DNA from: Geobacter sulfurreducens PCA
Lineage (GTDB): Bacteria > Desulfobacterota > Desulfuromonadia > Geobacterales > Geobacteraceae
NCBI RefSeq assembly: GCF_000007985.2
Contig: NC_002939.5
Location: 1,260,001-1,292,000 of the forward strand
DNA: 32,000 nucleotides
Direction of reading: 5' to 3'
Part shown: positions 28,725-32,000 of the stretch, piece after piece
Numbering within the stretch: the first letter of the stretch is position 1
Layout of the letters: each line of letters opens with the position of its first letter
The notes under the pieces: model-generated
What the model saw: only the letters and a program-made list of their open reading frames with translations
What the model was told of the DNA's origin: nothing
The model's database searches: none
Position numbers and translations under genes: made by a program

Positions 28725-30206
28725 ATGAGACAGAAACGTCGCAGCGGCATCCTGCTCCATCCGACTTCCCTGCCGGGTCCGGGGGGGATCGGATCGCTCG
28801 GGAAAGAGTGCCGCCATTTCATCGATTTCCTCGAAGAGGCGGGGCAGAGCCTCTGGCAGGTTCTTCCGCTGGGGCCCGCAGCCTACGGCAATTCCCCCTA
28901 TTCCTGCTATTCGGCTTTTGCTGGCAACCCCCTGCTGATCGACCTGGCGACCCTCGTGGATGAGGGGGACCTGGAGCCCGAGGAGGCTGTGGCGGAGGTG
29001 TCTGCCGATCATGTGGACTTTCCGGCTGTGGATGCGTTCAAGTCACGCGCGCTCCGGACCGCTGCGGCCCGGTTCCACGCCCACGGTGACACGGATCGTA
29101 AACAGGAGTTCTGGCACTTTTGCGATACTACCCCCTGGCTTCACGACGCTGCGCTGTTCATGGCTCTCAAGGAGCATTTCGGCGGCAAAAGCTGGAATAC
29201 CTGGCCCAAGGAGATTGCCCGCCGGGAGTCGGCCGCGCTCGAAAAGTATTCGGTTCGGCTGGGCGTGGCCATTGGCGAACACAAGTATATCCAGTGGCAG
29301 TTTTCCCGTCAGTGGCGACATGTCAGGGAATATGCCAACAGCAAGGGGATTGCGGTTGTCGGCGATATCCCCATCTTTGTGGCTTTCGATTCAACCGATG
29401 TCTGGACGAATCCGGGCCTTTTCAAGCTCGACGACAAGGGCAAGCCCACCGTGGTAGCCGGGGTCCCGCCGGACTATTTCAGCAAGACAGGCCAGCGATG
29501 GGGGAACCCTCTCTATGACTGGGATGCCATGGCCGCCGATGGATTTCGCTGGTGGATCGAGCGGTTCCGCGGTTCGTTCGCGCTCCATGATGTGGTCAGG
29601 GTCGATCACTTCCGAGGGTTCGAGGCGTGCTGGGAGGTTCCGGCCAAAGAAAAGACGGCGGTGAACGGCCAATGGGTCCCCGCTCCGGGGACGGCACTCT
29701 TTGATGCCGTTATCGGGGCGGTGGGGTCACTGCCGATCATTGCCGAGGACCTGGGAGTCATTACCCCGGCCGTGGAGGAACTGCGCGACCGGTACCGTTT
29801 CCCCGGCATGAAGATCCTCCAGTTCGCCTTTGATTCCGGCCCGGGCAATCCCTACCTGCCCCACAACTTCACCCGTGACTGCGTGGTCTACACCGGCACC
29901 CACGACAATGATACCACCCAGGGCTGGTTTCAAAGCCTTTCCCCCCGGGAGCGACGAGAAGTTCTGGCCTATACCGACACCACGGGTAAGGAGGTCCATT
30001 GGGAGCTGATCCGTCTCGGCATGGCCTCGGTGGCCGATATGGCGATTTTCCCGCTTCAGGATGTCATGGGACTTGATGGGTCAAGCCGGATGAATCTCCC
30101 CGGAACACCGCGCGGGAACTGGTCGTGGCGTTATAGTGAGGGTATGCTTACTGCTAAGCACGCAAAAAAGCTTCTCGAATTAACCGTGCTTTTTGGGAGA
30201 AAATAG
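28725..30206 (+). CDS. malQ: 4-alpha-glucanotransferase (amylomaltase)
   Basis: Start reset to MRQKRRSGILLHPTSLPG (GAGGA 4 nt upstream). RVDHFRGF, IIAEDLGVIT, YTGTHDNDT. Confidence 0.92.
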   Translation: MRQKRRSGILLHPTSLPGPGGIGSLGKECRHFIDFLEEAGQSLWQVLPLGPAAYGNSPYSCYSAFAGNPLLIDLATLVDEGDLEPEEAVAEVSADHVDFPAVDAFKSRALRTAAARFHAHGDTDRKQEFWHFCDTTPWLHDAALFMALKEHFGGKSWNTWPKEIARRESAALEKYSVRLGVAIGEHKYIQWQFSRQWRHVREYANSKGIAVVGDIPIFVAFDSTDVWTNPGLFKLDDKGKPTVVAGVPPDYFSKTGQRWGNPLYDWDAMAADGFRWWIERFRGSFALHDVVRVDHFRGFEACWEVPAKEKTAVNGQWVPAPGTALFDAVIGAVGSLPIIAEDLGVITPAVEELRDRYRFPGMKILQFAFDSGPGNPYLPHNFTRDCVVYTGTHDNDTTQGWFQSLSPRERREVLAYTDTTGKEVHWELIRLGMASVADMAIFPLQDVMGLDGSSRMNLPGTPRGNWSWRYSEGMLTAKHAKKLLELTVLFGRK

Positions 30207-30240
30207 CCAAGCAAATATATTGGTAGGCAGGGTTCTTTTG

Positions 30241-30270
30241 TTGACATGTATGGTATAGTATATGTATTAT
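30241..30270 (+). promoter_or_regulatory. Candidate sigma70-type promoter for metY
   Basis: TTGACA (30241-30246), 18-nt spacer, TATTAT (30265-30270). AT-rich context about 65 nt upstream of the ATG. Confidence 0.5.
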
Positions 30271-30306
30271 GTGATGACGGGTAACTGTACTTTTGTTGTA
30301 GGGTAG

Positions 30307-31620
<1,314 letters not shown>

Positions 31621-31704
31621 GCCCACGTGCGCAACTTCGCCCCGGGACTGCCTTCGGGCCGCCCCTGGGGTGCCGCCGGCTTTTCCCCCTGTGGACGGGG
31701 CTCC

Positions 31705-32000
31705 GTGAACATCCTTGCCCACTTGGCATTCTCCGGGGACGATCCGGAGATCATGGCCGGCAACCTTATGGGTGATTTCGTCAAGGGGCCCCTGGCGGGC
31801 CGCTATCCTCCACGGCTCACGCTGGGGCTGGAGCTCCACCGGGCCATCGACTCCTTTGCCAACGGGCATGAGTCATTTACCCGGAGCAAGCGGCGACTTG
31901 CTCCATCCTTCGGTCATTACCGGGGGGTGCTGGTGGATGTCTATTACGACCATTTTCTCGCTTCGGAATGGGAACGCTACCGCGCCGAGCCGCTCCAATC
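31705..32000 (+). CDS. acpH: Acyl carrier protein phosphodiesterase (AcpH), N-terminal part; runs off the right edge
   Basis: GTG at 31705 gives (M)NILAHLAFSGDDPEIMAGNLMGDFVKGPL...LGLELHRAIDSFANGH...YRGVLVDVYYDHFL, the AcpH N-terminal pattern (MN.LAHL...GN..GDFVKG...LHR.ID.F.D.H). Not in the ORF track because it has no in-window stop. Confidence 0.8.
   Translation, partial: MNILAHLAFSGDDPEIMAGNLMGDFVKGPLAGRYPPRLTLGLELHRAIDSFANGHESFTRSKRRLAPSFGHYRGVLVDVYYDHFLASEWERYRAEPLQ

Noticed and set aside
31627-31704. In-frame upstream GTG that would extend acpH by 26 codons
   Set aside because: AcpH homologues begin with MN.LAHL, and the extension (VRNFAPGLPSGRPWGAAGFSPCGRGS) is Gly/Pro-rich filler. 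The GTG at 31705 was preferred.

Overview
High-GC (roughly 60 %) chromosomal segment dominated by housekeeping, envelope and respiratory genes. Gene content and order are what I remember from Geobacter sulfurreducens and close Geobacteraceae; this is recollection and cannot be verified here. The order is: periplasmic glutaredoxin / asnS / DUF503 / sod / PfpI / cupredoxin / MacAB-like pump / ptsP / TPR / YtxH / CAP / DUF3047 / yyaL / murJ-ogt / tgt-mazG / frdCAB with a single cytochrome b subunit / ftsH / malQ / metY / acpH. I call 30 protein-coding genes. Two are partial at the window edges and absent from the supplied ORF track: a TpsA/filamentous-haemagglutinin N-terminus at 1-969 (-) and acpH from 31705 (+). 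One is a 54-codon ORF below the track cut-off. Many track ORFs carry spurious N-terminal extensions, so I re-set starts using Shine-Dalgarno spacing and family N-termini. Several genes are translationally coupled: TAGATG at 6396, TAGTG at 8253, ATGA at 18524, TAATG at 24433. I saw no rRNA, tRNA, CRISPR array, transposase or integrase. The items most worth a second look are listed here. (1) A promoter-less, AT-rich gap between convergent ogt and mazG carries a dense cluster of DnaA boxes next to a near-pure A/T tract (oriC / datA / DARS-like layout). (2) An orphan Cas6/RAMP-like protein with atypical codon usage sits between frdCAB and ftsH, with no array or cas neighbours. (3) ogt looks frameshifted despite a perfect coupled start. 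(4) A low-GC 54-codon gene lies antisense between the ftsH stop and the only plus-strand terminator. (5) Repeat/palindrome elements and a strong-SD mini-ORF lie in the frdC leader. (6) Candidate anti-SD hairpins precede the YtxH gene and murJ. All functional calls rest on motif recognition by eye; no database search was possible.
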